A stretch of DNA of 64,000 nucleotides from Pseudobdellovibrionaceae bacterium (GCA_947444305.1 CANEZP010000001.1:18151-82150); one strand, 5' to 3'; positions 1 through 9,244 are shown, numbered from the stretch's first letter. Notes: generated by a model from the letters alone, not told the origin. Numbers and translations: made by a program.

Positions 1-3000
1 GCGAGATCACCGGCCAAAGGCGAGCCGGGTAGGGTTGACGGGGCCAAGCGCATCGCGCCGATCACATCCAATGGGCGGGCCGGCGAGGTGGTGCCGATCC
101 CCACACTTCCGCCGAAGTAAGACGGTGCGTTGACGTCTTGCGCGTAAACAGACCAACGGTTCGTACCGGTAACGGACGGGATGAAGACACCGATGGCGTT
201 CGTAATCGTTCCGCTATTTTGCGAAACTTTCGCTTCGAGACCGATCGCGGTCGTGATCAAACCGCCGGTTTCGGAAGTCGCCGCGGCCGCGACGCCCGCG
301 GCGTAAGTGATCTGCCGCGCGCCGGTGAACGTGCTCGCCTTTGAGCTCGTACCGGTAAGGTTACCCAGCGTGCCGGTTCCGTTATAAACAAAAGCACTAG
401 TCTCTTGGCCGAACAGAGCCGCGGTCCCCATGTTGCTGGAACTCGTTTGCGCGCGCGTAAATTGCGCCGCGAAAGTCGAAGCCGACGAAGTCGCCGACGG
501 AGTGGCCGTAAGGACCGAAGTTGAGTTGTAGAAATAGCCGGCCGAAGGATCGGTTGCGGTCGAGTAAACCGTGAACGGCGATTCAGGATTCGATTTCCCG
601 ATTCCGATGTACCCGTTCGCGAGCACGCGCAACCGTTCCGAACCCGCGGTCGAAATCGCGAGGTTATCGATCGCAGGCGCAAAAATTCCGTTGTCGGTAT
701 CTCCGTTGAACGTCATACCCGGCGCAGTCGCCGATCCCGTGATCGAACGGAACTGACCGGTCATCGGCACCGAACCGTTCGCCAAAAAGTCACCGGCACC
801 GCCGGCGGCAATCGAAACCCAGGTAGAACCATTGTGGTATTTCAAAGTGTTCGCCGCGCCGGAATCCATCGCGACATCACCCGCAGCCGGTGAAGAGGGT
901 AGGACTCCGGGATACAAGCGAATAGAACCGTTAACGTCTAAACTACGCACGGGAACACTGACGCCGATTCCCACTTTAGCCGCGAAGAAGTTTGGAGCGG
1001 TCGGGTCCGTTTGGTAGATGCTCCACTTATTTGTCGCTGCGATCGTATCGATGTAAAGACCAAAACCGTTCGTAATCGTGCCGGAATTGATAATACCCGT
1101 CGAGACACCGAAGGCATTCGTGATCGTACCGCCCGGGTTGGAATTGAAAACTTGGGAGATCAATCCCGTCCCGGTGTTCATTGTACCCGCAGCCGTGTTT
1201 CTCGCCGCGCTCTGCGTTGCATAGAACGCACTCACCGAACCATTCGCCGCATTTTCAACTTCGTTACTCGCGCCGATGGCGTTCCCGAGAGACGGCGAGC
1301 CAACGTTGTTGTTATAGACCTGATTGAAGGTCCCGATGACTTGTGCGCCCGCAAGATTGGCCGTGCCCGCAGAATTCACCGCGTTTTTGACGGCAATGAA
1401 ATCCGCGGTTGATGATCCGGCCGGACCAAACACGGAGACATATTCAGCACCACGTTCACTGCCTGCGGTGGCCGTCGACTGCGTAAGGACGGAGAATTTA
1501 GCACTTGGTGCCGTGGTGCCGATACCGACATTTCCGTTTGCGAGAACTCGTAATTTTTCTGATCCGGCGGTGCTTATCGCTAGATTGTCCGCAATCGGCG
1601 CGAAGATTCCATTATCCGTATCACCAACAAAAGCCATTCCCGGAGCCACCGCCGTACCGGCGACCGAACGAAACCGACCCGTCATCGGCACCGAACCATC
1701 GGCACGGAAATCACCGGTTCCACCGACGGCTAAAGAGATCCAAGAAGTTCCGTTGTGGTATTTCAAAGAATTAGACGCGGCCGAATCGATCGCGATGTCA
1801 CCGGCGATACCCGAACCGGGCAGGGCCGAGGGCGCAACGTTGATCGGGCCGTTGACACTTAATAAGCGAGTCGGCGACGTCGTTCCGATTCCCACGTAAC
1901 CGTCGGCGGTAATGCGCATCTTTTCCGTATTTGTGGCAGAACCTCGCGTGATAAAGCCCATATAAGCGTTCGCATTAGATCCGTTACCTGACCACGCAGA
2001 AAAAACCTGACCAACCGGGGTACCGAATTGGCGGAAATCGATTCCGACCCCATAGTCTTGGGTCAATGAAGGATGAGGGTTTTGAAGCTGCAGCGGGGTG
2101 GAGATTGCGCCACCAAGTTGGCTAAATATGCCACGGCCGGCAACATCAAGAGCAACTAGTGGATTTGTCGTGCCGATACCCACATTTCCGTTGGCGAGAA
2201 TGCGTAATTTTTCCGTTCCCGAAGTTCCGATGGCGATGTTATCTAAGGCGGGCGCGAAAATTCCGTTATCCGTATCTCCGTTAAAAGTCATACCCGGCGC
2301 ACTCGCCGAACCCGCAATCGCGCGGAACTGACCCGTCATCGGCACAGAGCCATCGGCACGGAAATCTCCCGTGCCACCGACGGCTAGTGAAATCCATGAA
2401 GTTCCGTTGTGATATTTCAAAGAATTAGACGCGGCCGAATCGATCGCGAGGTCACCCGCGGCGGGCGTGCCGGGAAGGGTGCCGGGTGCTAAATTCATCG
2501 TGCCGTTCACGCTCAATAAGCGATTGGGCCCGGTCGTGCCGACACCGACATTCCCGCTACCGTTTATGTAGATACGCGCCGCGGGAGTACTCGTGCCGAT
2601 CGCGATCGTGTTCAACGCCATCGAAGCGCCGCCGGTTGAAGCGGAGTAGGTTTCGCGCGAGTAAACTTCGATCGACGCCGAGTTCAGCGAACCGTTGCCG
2701 ACGCCCGTGCCGCCGTAAAAATCTAATTTGCCTAAGCGATGATTGTTCGAAACGGCCGTCGGGGTCGCGAGGTCGCCGCCGTAATTGTAAAGCGCGAAAG
2801 TCGGCATGCCGGCCGACGAGCCGTAATAGTTAGACACGTACATGGACGGAAAGCGAAGGGTCGATGAAGACGTATTCACGACGGAAACAGAACCCGCCAT
2901 ATCTGAGACGTACGAACTTATGTTCCCGTTAACCTGAAGCGGGCTTGTCGGCGCGCTGACGCCGATCCCCACGTTGCCGTTGGCCAGCACTCTCAATCTC

Positions 3001-5405
3001 TCAATACCCGCGGTGCTCAGCGCGAGGTTATCGCTGACCGGTGCCGAAATCCCGTTGTCCGTATCACCGGCAAAGCTCAAACCCGGCGCGGCGGTCGTAC
3101 CGGCGATCGAACGGAACTGTCCGGTCATGGGCACGGAACCGTTGGCCATAAAATCGCCGGTGCCGTTCCCGCTGCCGACCGTGATCCAAGAGGTTCCGTT
3201 GTGATATTTGAGGGAGTTCGAACCGGCGGAATCGACGAAGATGTCGCCCGCGGTGGGGGAAGCGGGCAGGGTCGACGGTTGAACCCGCAGCGCACCCGCG
3301 ACTTCTAGTTTACGGTTGGGACTTGTGGTGCCGATACCGACATTTCCGGTATTGGTGACCACGAATCGTTTGGCGCCGGAGCCAATCCCACTCAAGAAAT
3401 TATCCGAATCTGCGATAACGAAGGGCGTCCCGGTAATGGAAGCGTCGGCCCCGACGGTCCACGCGGTGGACAATCCCGCTCCGTTGAAGCGGACGGCGGC
3501 GCCGTTGGTTCCGCTGTTCGAGGTAAGATCAAGCAGAACACCTTGGCCGGATTCGATGCGAGCCCCGACCGTGTCGATCGGTTTATAGGTATGCAAACCC
3601 ACGGTCGGCGCGGTCATCCCGATCCCGACGTTGCCGTTCGCGAGGATGGTCATTCTATTGGCATTATTTGTTTTAAAACTGAACGCGTTGTTGTCGTTGG
3701 TGCCGATCAGAATCGGGGCGCCGCGCGTATTTCCACCATCAACGATCACGTTGTTGCCGATGAAGGCCGTCGAAGGGTTTGCGCAAGCCCAGCCCGAAGC
3801 GGTCCACTGTAAACTTTCGTTCACGTTACACACGAAGGGGACGAGCGTCGCACCGGTCGTCGCATCCGTTGCGACCAAACGGTTCGCCCCGGGCGTCGCA
3901 AACATTTTAGGCGTAGTGATGACTCCGTTAGTGATCGTCGCCGCGACCGCACCGGTGCCCGAAGCGCTGACGTCTCCGGTCAGCGAAGTGATGCCGACGT
4001 TATCGACCAGAGCCGAAGGTTCCCAACGGAGAAGCGTGCCGTTCCAGCGCAAAACTTCATTCGCGTTAGGGGCGGTGGAGGCGACCGCGCGGCCTTGTAT
4101 TCCCGCAACGAACGCCGAAGTGTAAGCGCCGGAGATATCACCCGCGAAATTCGGCATTACTCCCGTAGCGAGTTTGCCTGCTCCATCCAATTCGGGAACG
4201 TTCGTCGCCGCAACGCCTACGTCGCGCATCGAAGCCGTGCCTAATCCAAGATCCGCGCCGTTCAAAACAACGACGCCGGACTTTCCGTTTACCGAAAGAA
4301 CCGCCGACAGCGACGCAACCGTTGAACATTGCCAGCCCGTACCGGTCACGAATTTCAAAATCTCATTGTTTGCGCAGGTCGCGTACTTCAAAGTCGCGCC
4401 CGAAACGTTGTCCGTGATGACTAATTGGTTGGGTGCTAAGCCCGTCGTCGAAATTTTGGCGGAAGTGACTGCGTTGTCGGCGAGTTTGCTGGTGCCGATC
4501 GCGAGATTTGCCACGACCGGGTTCGGATAAGTACCCGAAAGATCTCCGCCCGCGCTGCCGGCAATTGTAGGGACCGAAGCAACCCACTTCGCGGCCGTCT
4601 GATCCCACGTCAAAACTTTACCGCCGCCGAAACCCGCGGCAACATCGACGAGATCAATCGTTTGACCAGCTAAACGCGTATCTGAATAAGCTTTGGTCGT
4701 CGCATCCTGCGCGCTCGAAGGATCGGCGATGTTGGTCAAACGCTGACCGCTAAAGCCGACCGGGGCCGAAGGACTCAACAACTGTTGCAAGCGGGCGTAG
4801 TTCGCCGACGAGAAAACATTCTCGACGTTCGCTTGTGAGAGATCGAAGGCCATGTCGTCACGAACTTGAACCAAGTCCGCCGCGCGTTTCCCTTGCACGC
4901 TTTCGGCGACGAGGGCGTAGGCGCTGGAAGCGATCGGCACTTCGGGATTCATAGCGATGTAACCGCCGCCAAGATCGTAGGCAATGCGGATAACACGGTC
5001 TTCACCGGAGGCAAGATTTGCTCCCGAGGGACAGTTGGCCCAACCGCCGGCGATCACGCCGCTGTTCTCAAAGATCTTGGCCGACAAAGTCGTCGTGTTT
5101 TCCAAATAGTTGACGGGGTTGGTACCTTTGCCGAGCGGCAAATCGAAAGCACCTTTGGTCGCGCTCAAATCTTCGCCGATGTATTCTTCCGAATACAAAA
5201 GGCAGGTCAGCGCTTTGTTATAAAGTTCTAAGCGGAAGTTTACGGAAGACTGAGCGACGGGGAGGCCGGAGGGCAGATACAATACTCCGCTGACGTTCAG
5301 ATTTTGCGGAACCTGTTGCGCATAAACAATATTAGTAGACAAGATAAACGCGAACAAAAAAGTTGCTAAGACCGCGCGTTTAAATTTTAGTCCACCAGGA
5401 TGCAT
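1..5405 (-). CDS. giant secreted fibre / phage-tail-fibre-like repeat protein. The N-terminus is in the window and the C-terminus runs off the left edge; at least 1801 codons lie here.
   Basis: My reverse-strand translation from the ATG at 5405-5403 gives MHPGGLKFKRAVLATFLFAFILSTNIVYA/QQ, a Sec signal peptide. No closed ORF in this frame appears in the track, which lists only closed ORFs, so the frame stays open to nt 1. It contains ten (L)ANGNVGIGT-type motifs and four ~125-aa modules. The + strand ORFs listed here are mirror-frame artefacts. Confidence 0.85.
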   Translation of the reverse strand, partial: MHPGGLKFKRAVLATFLFAFILSTNIVYAQQVPQNLNVSGVLYLPSGLPVAQSSVNFRLELYNKALTCLLYSEEYIGEDLSATKGAFDLPLGKGTNPVNYLENTTTLSAKIFENSGVIAGGWANCPSGANLASGEDRVIRIAYDLGGGYIAMNPEVPIASSAYALVAESVQGKRAADLVQVRDDMAFDLSQANVENVFSSANYARLQQLLSPSAPVGFSGQRLTNIADPSSAQDATTKAYSDTRLAGQTIDLVDVAAGFGGGKVLTWDQTAAKWVASVPTIAGSAGGDLSGTYPNPVVANLAIGTSKLADNAVTSAKISTTGLAPNQLVITDNVSGATLKYATCANNEILKFVTGTGWQCSTVASLSAVLSVNGKSGVVVLNGADLGLGTASMRDVGVAATNVPELDGAGKLATGVMPNFAGDISGAYTSAFVAGIQGRAVASTAPNANEVLRWNGTLLRWEPSALVDNVGITSLTGDVSASGTGAVAATITNGVITTPKMFATPGANRLVATDATTGATLVPFVCNVNESLQWTASGWACANPSTAFIGNNVIVDGGNTRGAPILIGTNDNNAFSFKTNNANRMTILANGNVGIGMTAPTVGLHTYKPIDTVGARIESGQGVLLDLTSNSGTNGAAVRFNGAGLSTAWTVGADASITGTPFVIADSDNFLSGIGSGAKRFVVTNTGNVGIGTTSPNRKLEVAGALRVQPSTLPASPTAGDIFVDSAGSNSLKYHNGTSWITVGSGNGTGDFMANGSVPMTGQFRSIAGTTAAPGLSFAGDTDNGISAPVSDNLALSTAGIERLRVLANGNVGIGVSAPTSPLQVNGNISSYVSDMAGSVSVVNTSSSTLRFPSMYVSNYYGSSAGMPTFALYNYGGDLATPTAVSNNHRLGKLDFYGGTGVGNGSLNSASIEVYSRETYSASTGGASMALNTIAIGTSTPAARIYINGSGNVGVGTTGPNRLLSVNGTMNLAPGTLPGTPAAGDLAIDSAASNSLKYHNGTSWISLAVGGTGDFRADGSVPMTGQFRAIAGSASAPGMTFNGDTDNGIFAPALDNIAIGTSGTEKLRILANGNVGIGTTNPLVALDVAGRGIFSQLGGAISTPLQLQNPHPSLTQDYGVGIDFRQFGTPVGQVFSAWSGNGSNANAYMGFITRGSATNTEKMRITADGYVGIGTTSPTRLLSVNGPINVAPSALPGSGIAGDIAIDSAASNSLKYHNGTSWISLAVGGTGDFRADGSVPMTGRFRSVAGTAVAPGMAFVGDTDNGIFAPIADNLAISTAGSEKLRVLANGNVGIGTTAPSAKFSVLTQSTATAGSERGAEYVSVFGPAGSSTADFIAVKNAVNSAGTANLAGAQVIGTFNQVYNNNVGSPSLGNAIGASNEVENAANGSVSAFYATQSAARNTAAGTMNTGTGLISQVFNSNPGGTITNAFGVSTGIINSGTITNGFGLYIDTIAATNKWSIYQTDPTAPNFFAAKVGIGVSVPVRSLDVNGSIRLYPGVLPSSPAAGDVAMDSGAANTLKYHNGSTWVSIAAGGAGDFLANGSVPMTGQFRSITGSATAPGMTFNGDTDNGIFAPAIDNLAISTAGSERLRVLANGYIGIGKSNPESPFTVYSTATDPSAGYFYNSTSVLTATPSATSSASTFAAQFTRAQTSSSNMGTAALFGQETSAFVYNGTGTLGNLTGTSSKASTFTGARQITYAAGVAAAATSETGGLITTAIGLEAKVSQNSGTITNAIGVFIPSVTGTNRWSVYAQDVNAPSYFGGSVGIGTTSPARPLDVIGAMRLAPSTLPGSPLAGDL
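91..3644 (-). repeat. intragenic coding repeats: ten xVGIGT motifs and four long modules inside the giant fibre gene
   Basis: Reverse complements of gtgccgataccgacatttcc-like strings occur at 91-113, 594-623, 961-983, 1516-1544, 1881-1903, 2170-2198, 2535-2562, 2958-2987, 3328-3350 and 3616-3644. Long modules lie at about 596-985, 1516-1903, 2170-2562 and 2958-3350. A 37-nt stretch is identical at 1759-1795 and 2413-2449. Confidence 0.85.
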
Positions 5406-5740
5406 CTAAGTTCCCTCAACGACTCACATTTCTTTTCGGCGAATAGTGAGACGAGCTGGAGGGCCCAGATCGGCTTTAGACGCTTTTCGGGACTTTCGTA
5501 TCAAGAATACTTAATCGACGACGACGGGATTCTCGGGACGAGACGGTCGGATCATCGGGCTCTTTGTCCAGGTGCGTACAAAAACGGCCAGGACCCTAGC
5601 CGAGTTGAGGCAACGCAGGACGTAAAAATTACACGACAACCGCCCAAAATTGTTATTCAAACCCGTCTATAATTGATTATACGTGTCAAAGATGGTAATT
5701 CATCAACTCCCGCGGGCGATTCCCGAAAATCCTGGAGGTT

Positions 5741-6238
5741 ATGGTGAGTTTGGTTTCTTTCAAAGTCGGAGACAATGCTGTTTATCCAGGTCATGGTGTC
5801 GGTAAGGTCACGGCAATCGAGGTTAAAGAAATCCTCGGAACTAAACACACCTTTTACTCGATCAACATTCTCGATTCCGGCATGAAAATCATGGTGCCTA
5901 AGAATAACGCGGAAGCCGTCGGCCTTCGCCCGATCATTTCGCGCGACGAAGCCGGCAAGGTGATCGAAATCTTGCGTGAAACAAACGTGAAGATCGACAA
6001 CCAAACGTGGAACCGCCGTTACCGCGAGTACATGGAAAAGATCAAAACCGGATCCGTTTACCAAATCGCCGAAGTTCTGCGTGATTTGTTTTTGCTTAAA
6101 GTCGAAAAGGAACTCAGCTTCGGTGAGCGTAAGATGCTCGACAACGCTCGCAGCTTGCTCCTTCGCGAATTGTCGTTGGCGACCAGCGCCGACGAACTTC
6201 GTGCCCAAGACGAAGTTAAAGCGATCTTCAATTTATAA
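5741..6238 (+). CDS. carD: CarD/CdnL-family RNA-polymerase-binding transcription regulator
   Basis: 165 aa. The N-terminal FKVGDNAVYPGHGVGKVTAIE is a CarD_TRCF RNAP-interaction domain, followed by a helical C-terminal domain. GGAGG lies 4 nt before the ATG. Confidence 0.93.
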   Translation: MVSLVSFKVGDNAVYPGHGVGKVTAIEVKEILGTKHTFYSINILDSGMKIMVPKNNAEAVGLRPIISRDEAGKVIEILRETNVKIDNQTWNRRYREYMEKIKTGSVYQIAEVLRDLFLLKVEKELSFGERKMLDNARSLLLRELSLATSADELRAQDEVKAIFNL

Positions 6239-6252
6239 TATATAGGTAGGTC

Positions 6253-7917
6253 TTAGCGCGACCGGAAGATGGCCATCCAGCCCTGCCATTGGACGGCGCT
6301 ATCGAGTTTCCACGTCCCCGTGTAATTGCCGGTGGCGGTGATGATCGTGTCCGAGGACAAGCTTCCGTTCATCGTGCTACGGAGTGAATAGCCAATCGGA
6401 TTTTGTTGAGTGCCGCCGCCGTTTCCGCCGCCCACGATGACGAGGGCGGGAGTTTGCGGAATGTTGATGGGTCCAATCGAATACGTATTACTATTTCCTA
6501 AGTTTGTGGCGGCTTGCACGAAGGGATTTACGGGGTCGGCCCCTTTGTATTCCGAGCAGGCGATTCCCTTATCACTCATATAGCTCGTCGACAGATCGGC
6601 GGTAACCGCAAACGTAGCGCCGGTTCCGGCGCTTACGTTTTTCGCGTACCAAACCTCTTCCCAATAAATTCCGCTAATCATCGAGGGGTTCCGAAAGGGT
6701 CCTACGATTTTTGTATAGATATTGTTGGCGGTGTCCCTAACGTTGGTCACCGTGAACGACGATCCCCCGTTATTGTATTCAAGCCAACAGACGATCAAGT
6801 TGCCCGCCTGTGGTTTACGCAAGAAATCGCCCGAGGTGTAAGATAAGGCGCTATCCGCGTAGGCCGTATCCTTGAGCTGTACAAAACTGATCGTGCCGCC
6901 GGTCTCGCCGATGTCACCGCCGTATTTAACGACGCAAACTCCGGCCGCACCGGTGCCGCCGCTGCCGTTTTGACCACCGCCGCCGCCGCCACCGCCATAG
7001 TTACCGCCGTTGCCGCCGACCTTGCTCGTTCCCGCGCCGGCCCCGCCGCCGCCGCCGCCGCTACCCACGACCCCGTTAAGGTCGATGCCGGCGCCGCCGT
7101 TGCCGCCGTTGAAATTCACCGCGCCGCCGCCACCGCCACCGCCGACCGTGCCCGCACCGCCGACCGCAGATACACCGGCCGCGCCCGCGCCTAAACCAGA
7201 ATTATTTGAGCCGCCTATGCCGCCGCGCCCGGTCGCCGTGTTGGCCGAGCCTGGTCGCCCGCCGCCGCCGCCACCACCACCGACGCCGCCGTTGCCGAAG
7301 GTCGCCGCGGCGTAGTCACCACCGACGCCGCCCGAACCCCATGGGCCACCCGCGCCGCCGCCGGCGCCTCCACCTACGTCGCCATGACGACTGGCATTGC
7401 CACCACCTGAGGCGTGCGTACCGATCGCGGTAGCGACGCTGCCACCGACGTAGCCATCGGAGGAAGCGTGCCCACCCTCGGCACGTACGATGACGGCCGT
7501 GCCGTTCTCCGAGGCGCAGTTCGTTGATGAGTTGCAGAAGTAACTAGACATGCCGTTCGTATCGATCGCGGCCGTAGGGGCGGCGAAATAACGGACCGTA
7601 GAGCCGGGCGTGAGATTAGCGTTTACGATTTTTGAGTAGGCGCCGCCACCGCCGCCGTTGCCGCCGTTGGAAGCGCTGCCGTTCGTGCCGCCGGCTCCCG
7701 CCCCGATGCATTCGATCGAATTGTTGCCTCGCGGGAAAGTTGTCGGGACGACCCACGTGCTCGAACCGGTGAATACGACCGAAGTCGGAACCGATTTAGC
7801 TTGGCGTTGCGAACGTGAGGTCCAAGCGTCGGCGGTCGGGGTGAGCGCAACTAAACAAGCCATGCTGAGTCGGGCCGCGCGGATCAATTTTCTTTCCACG
7901 TCATTGATCCATACCAA
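6253..7917 (-). CDS. secreted glycine-rich-domain protein (phage tail-associated type) with a C-terminal beta-rich domain
   Basis: KLIRAARLSMACLVALTPTADA is a signal peptide. FTGSSTWVVPTTFPRGNNSIECIGAGAGG is followed by about 250 aa of G-runs, then about 210 aa of non-repetitive sequence. The start is uncertain: ATG 7917, GTG 7899, or TTG 7887 (TTGA overlap with the stop of the upstream gene). Confidence 0.8.
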   Translation of the reverse strand: MVWINDVERKLIRAARLSMACLVALTPTADAWTSRSQRQAKSVPTSVVFTGSSTWVVPTTFPRGNNSIECIGAGAGGTNGSASNGGNGGGGGAYSKIVNANLTPGSTVRYFAAPTAAIDTNGMSSYFCNSSTNCASENGTAVIVRAEGGHASSDGYVGGSVATAIGTHASGGGNASRHGDVGGGAGGGAGGPWGSGGVGGDYAAATFGNGGVGGGGGGGGRPGSANTATGRGGIGGSNNSGLGAGAAGVSAVGGAGTVGGGGGGGAVNFNGGNGGAGIDLNGVVGSGGGGGGAGAGTSKVGGNGGNYGGGGGGGGQNGSGGTGAAGVCVVKYGGDIGETGGTISFVQLKDTAYADSALSYTSGDFLRKPQAGNLIVCWLEYNNGGSSFTVTNVRDTANNIYTKIVGPFRNPSMISGIYWEEVWYAKNVSAGTGATFAVTADLSTSYMSDKGIACSEYKGADPVNPFVQAATNLGNSNTYSIGPINIPQTPALVIVGGGNGGGTQQNPIGYSLRSTMNGSLSSDTIITATGNYTGTWKLDSAVQWQGWMAIFRSR

Positions 7918-9014
7918 ACGGTTTCGTCGGAGGGCTTCATGAGTTGGATAATCGTGATTTTACCGTTGGTCGGGGAAATCGTGGGTGCAACGTTGTTGTC
8001 CCACTTGATCGTGTCGCTGCCGTTACCGGCCCAGGTTATCGTTCGTGACCCGGTCGCATCCTGTTTGAGGAATAAAGTTAGCGCGAAGATCTTTGAAGTC
8101 GGACTTGTGAAGGCGGGCAGGGTAATCGTGGCCGAGTTATTCAAGGTTAATCGGCGAATATTCATCGTCGTATCGGGAATAACGTACGCGGCGTTGGTGT
8201 TGACGTAAGCGGAAATTCCTTCGTAGCTCGAATTTGCGGCAACCCCTCCGTTGACGTCGAGAGCCGTTTGCGGCGTTGACGTGCCGATGCCCACATTTCC
8301 ACTTTGCATGATGCGCATTTTTTCAGTCGCGGCGGTTTGTCCGCTCGTCGTTGTGTAGAAAAGGAAATCAGCAGGAGCACTCGCGCCGGTCCAGACTGCC
8401 GAAGCCACCGAGGCAATCGCCGTACCGCTCGCGGGGGCTGAGCCCGTGTAACCGTTTGCGCTCATGTAACCTAAAAGATCGCCACTCTGAGTTGCGGTCG
8501 GGGTGGCGGACGTGCCGCGATAATTCGCCATCGTAAATGTCGGAAAGCCGCCGGTGCCCGTAGCTAAAAAGTTTACGACTTGGATGCCGGGTGTGCGGGC
8601 AGCGGTAGAATCTAGATTCACCACACGTAAGACCGTATTTTGATCGGTCTTCACGACATCGAGATTCACGACCGGAACTGTAGTGCCGATGCCCACATTT
8701 CCTACGGCGTCGACGTAAACGGCGTTCGTGGGCGAGCCATCGGAAGCGTCGAGCGAATTGCTCGACCCCGTGCTCCGCCACTGCAGCGCGCCCGCGCCGT
8801 TCGTAGCTAGACACTGGTTCGCTGAACCGTCGGCGGAGGGTAAACTCAAAGTAAAATTGCCGGTGACGGCCGCGGGTGCTTGCAAGCCGACGTAATTCGT
8901 TTGAGCGCCGCCGGTTTCAACGAGTCGAATTTGCGCGTGGGCAGAAAACGAAACCAGGAGCGGTACTAAAAAGTATCGCATCTTAGAAATTCGTATTTCC
9001 GACGTTCGGCTCAT
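7884..9014 (-). CDS. secreted short fibre protein (GNVGIGT-motif, tail-fibre-like)
   Basis: ORF 7884-9053. The best start is ATG 9014, with AAGGA 6 nt upstream, giving the signal peptide MSRTSEIRISKMRYFLVPLLVSFSAHA. Two GNVGIGT(T/S)xP motifs are encoded by identical 20-mers at 8281-8300 and 8683-8702. Confidence 0.8.
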   Translation of the reverse strand: MSRTSEIRISKMRYFLVPLLVSFSAHAQIRLVETGGAQTNYVGLQAPAAVTGNFTLSLPSADGSANQCLATNGAGALQWRSTGSSNSLDASDGSPTNAVYVDAVGNVGIGTTVPVVNLDVVKTDQNTVLRVVNLDSTAARTPGIQVVNFLATGTGGFPTFTMANYRGTSATPTATQSGDLLGYMSANGYTGSAPASGTAIASVASAVWTGASAPADFLFYTTTSGQTAATEKMRIMQSGNVGIGTSTPQTALDVNGGVAANSSYEGISAYVNTNAAYVIPDTTMNIRRLTLNNSATITLPAFTSPTSKIFALTLFLKQDATGSRTITWAGNGSDTIKWDNNVAPTISPTNGKITIIQLMKPSDETVWYGSMTWKEN

Positions 9015-9244
9015 ACTTATCCTTTCGGTATAAACCGTTGAACAATGCAGCAATTTCCAAGTTTGGGGCGATCAAGATTTTGTGGACACCGGAGCTGATT
9101 GCAGCGGTCGACAACGCGTGAGCCATCCCGTTGTGAGACGGTTAACGCTTTGGGTCAGGCGGAGTTTTCATGAGGAATTGTCTCTGGGGCGGACGTGGGC
9201 GATATTCCTGGGAGCCGGCTTTTTTTCTAAATTGAGGATTTATA

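Noticed and set aside
91-3644. CRISPR-like periodic repeats
   Set aside because: The repeats are degenerate, irregularly spaced (about 360-930 nt) and lie in one open reading frame. No cas genes are present.
571-4530. A series of + strand ORFs (for example 571-756, 1324-1899, 2098-2331, 2974-3204, 3631-4125) sharing VVPIPTFPFAR...AKIPLSVSP-like peptides
   Set aside because: They are the reverse-frame reading of the GNVGIGT/DTDNGIF modules of the giant minus-strand fibre gene. Their composition is unnatural, and the minus frame is continuously open with a signal peptide.
5640-5680. Sigma-70 promoter for carD (TATAAT at 5668-5673)
   Set aside because: The only TTG-type -35 candidate (ttgtta, 5650-5655) is 12 nt away, which is wrong spacing, so the call is too weak.
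5657-6208. 183-aa minus-strand ORF covering almost all of carD
   Set aside because: The plus-strand product is an unmistakable CarD/CdnL protein with an SD. Long antisense ORFs are expected at this GC content. The same reasoning rejects 10019-10534, 26767-27327, 49119-49640, 50449-50964 and 51475-52200.
6970-7433. Pro/Arg/Ala-rich + strand ORFs (6970-7194, 7010-7315, 7206-7433)
   Set aside because: They are mirror frames of the poly-Gly (GGN) tracts in the 6253-7917 gene. They are low in complexity and lack start context.
1-9053. Prophage or tailocin, because of three tail-fibre-like genes
   Set aside because: There are no capsid, portal, terminase, tape-measure, sheath, baseplate, lysis or integrase genes in the window. 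The genes carry Sec signal peptides and are interleaved with carD and gltX. A cluster left of the window cannot be excluded.
1-9053. Diversity-generating retroelement acting on the fibre genes
   Set aside because: There is no reverse transcriptase gene and no TR/VR pair with adenine-specific differences. The 37-nt identity is between two in-gene modules.
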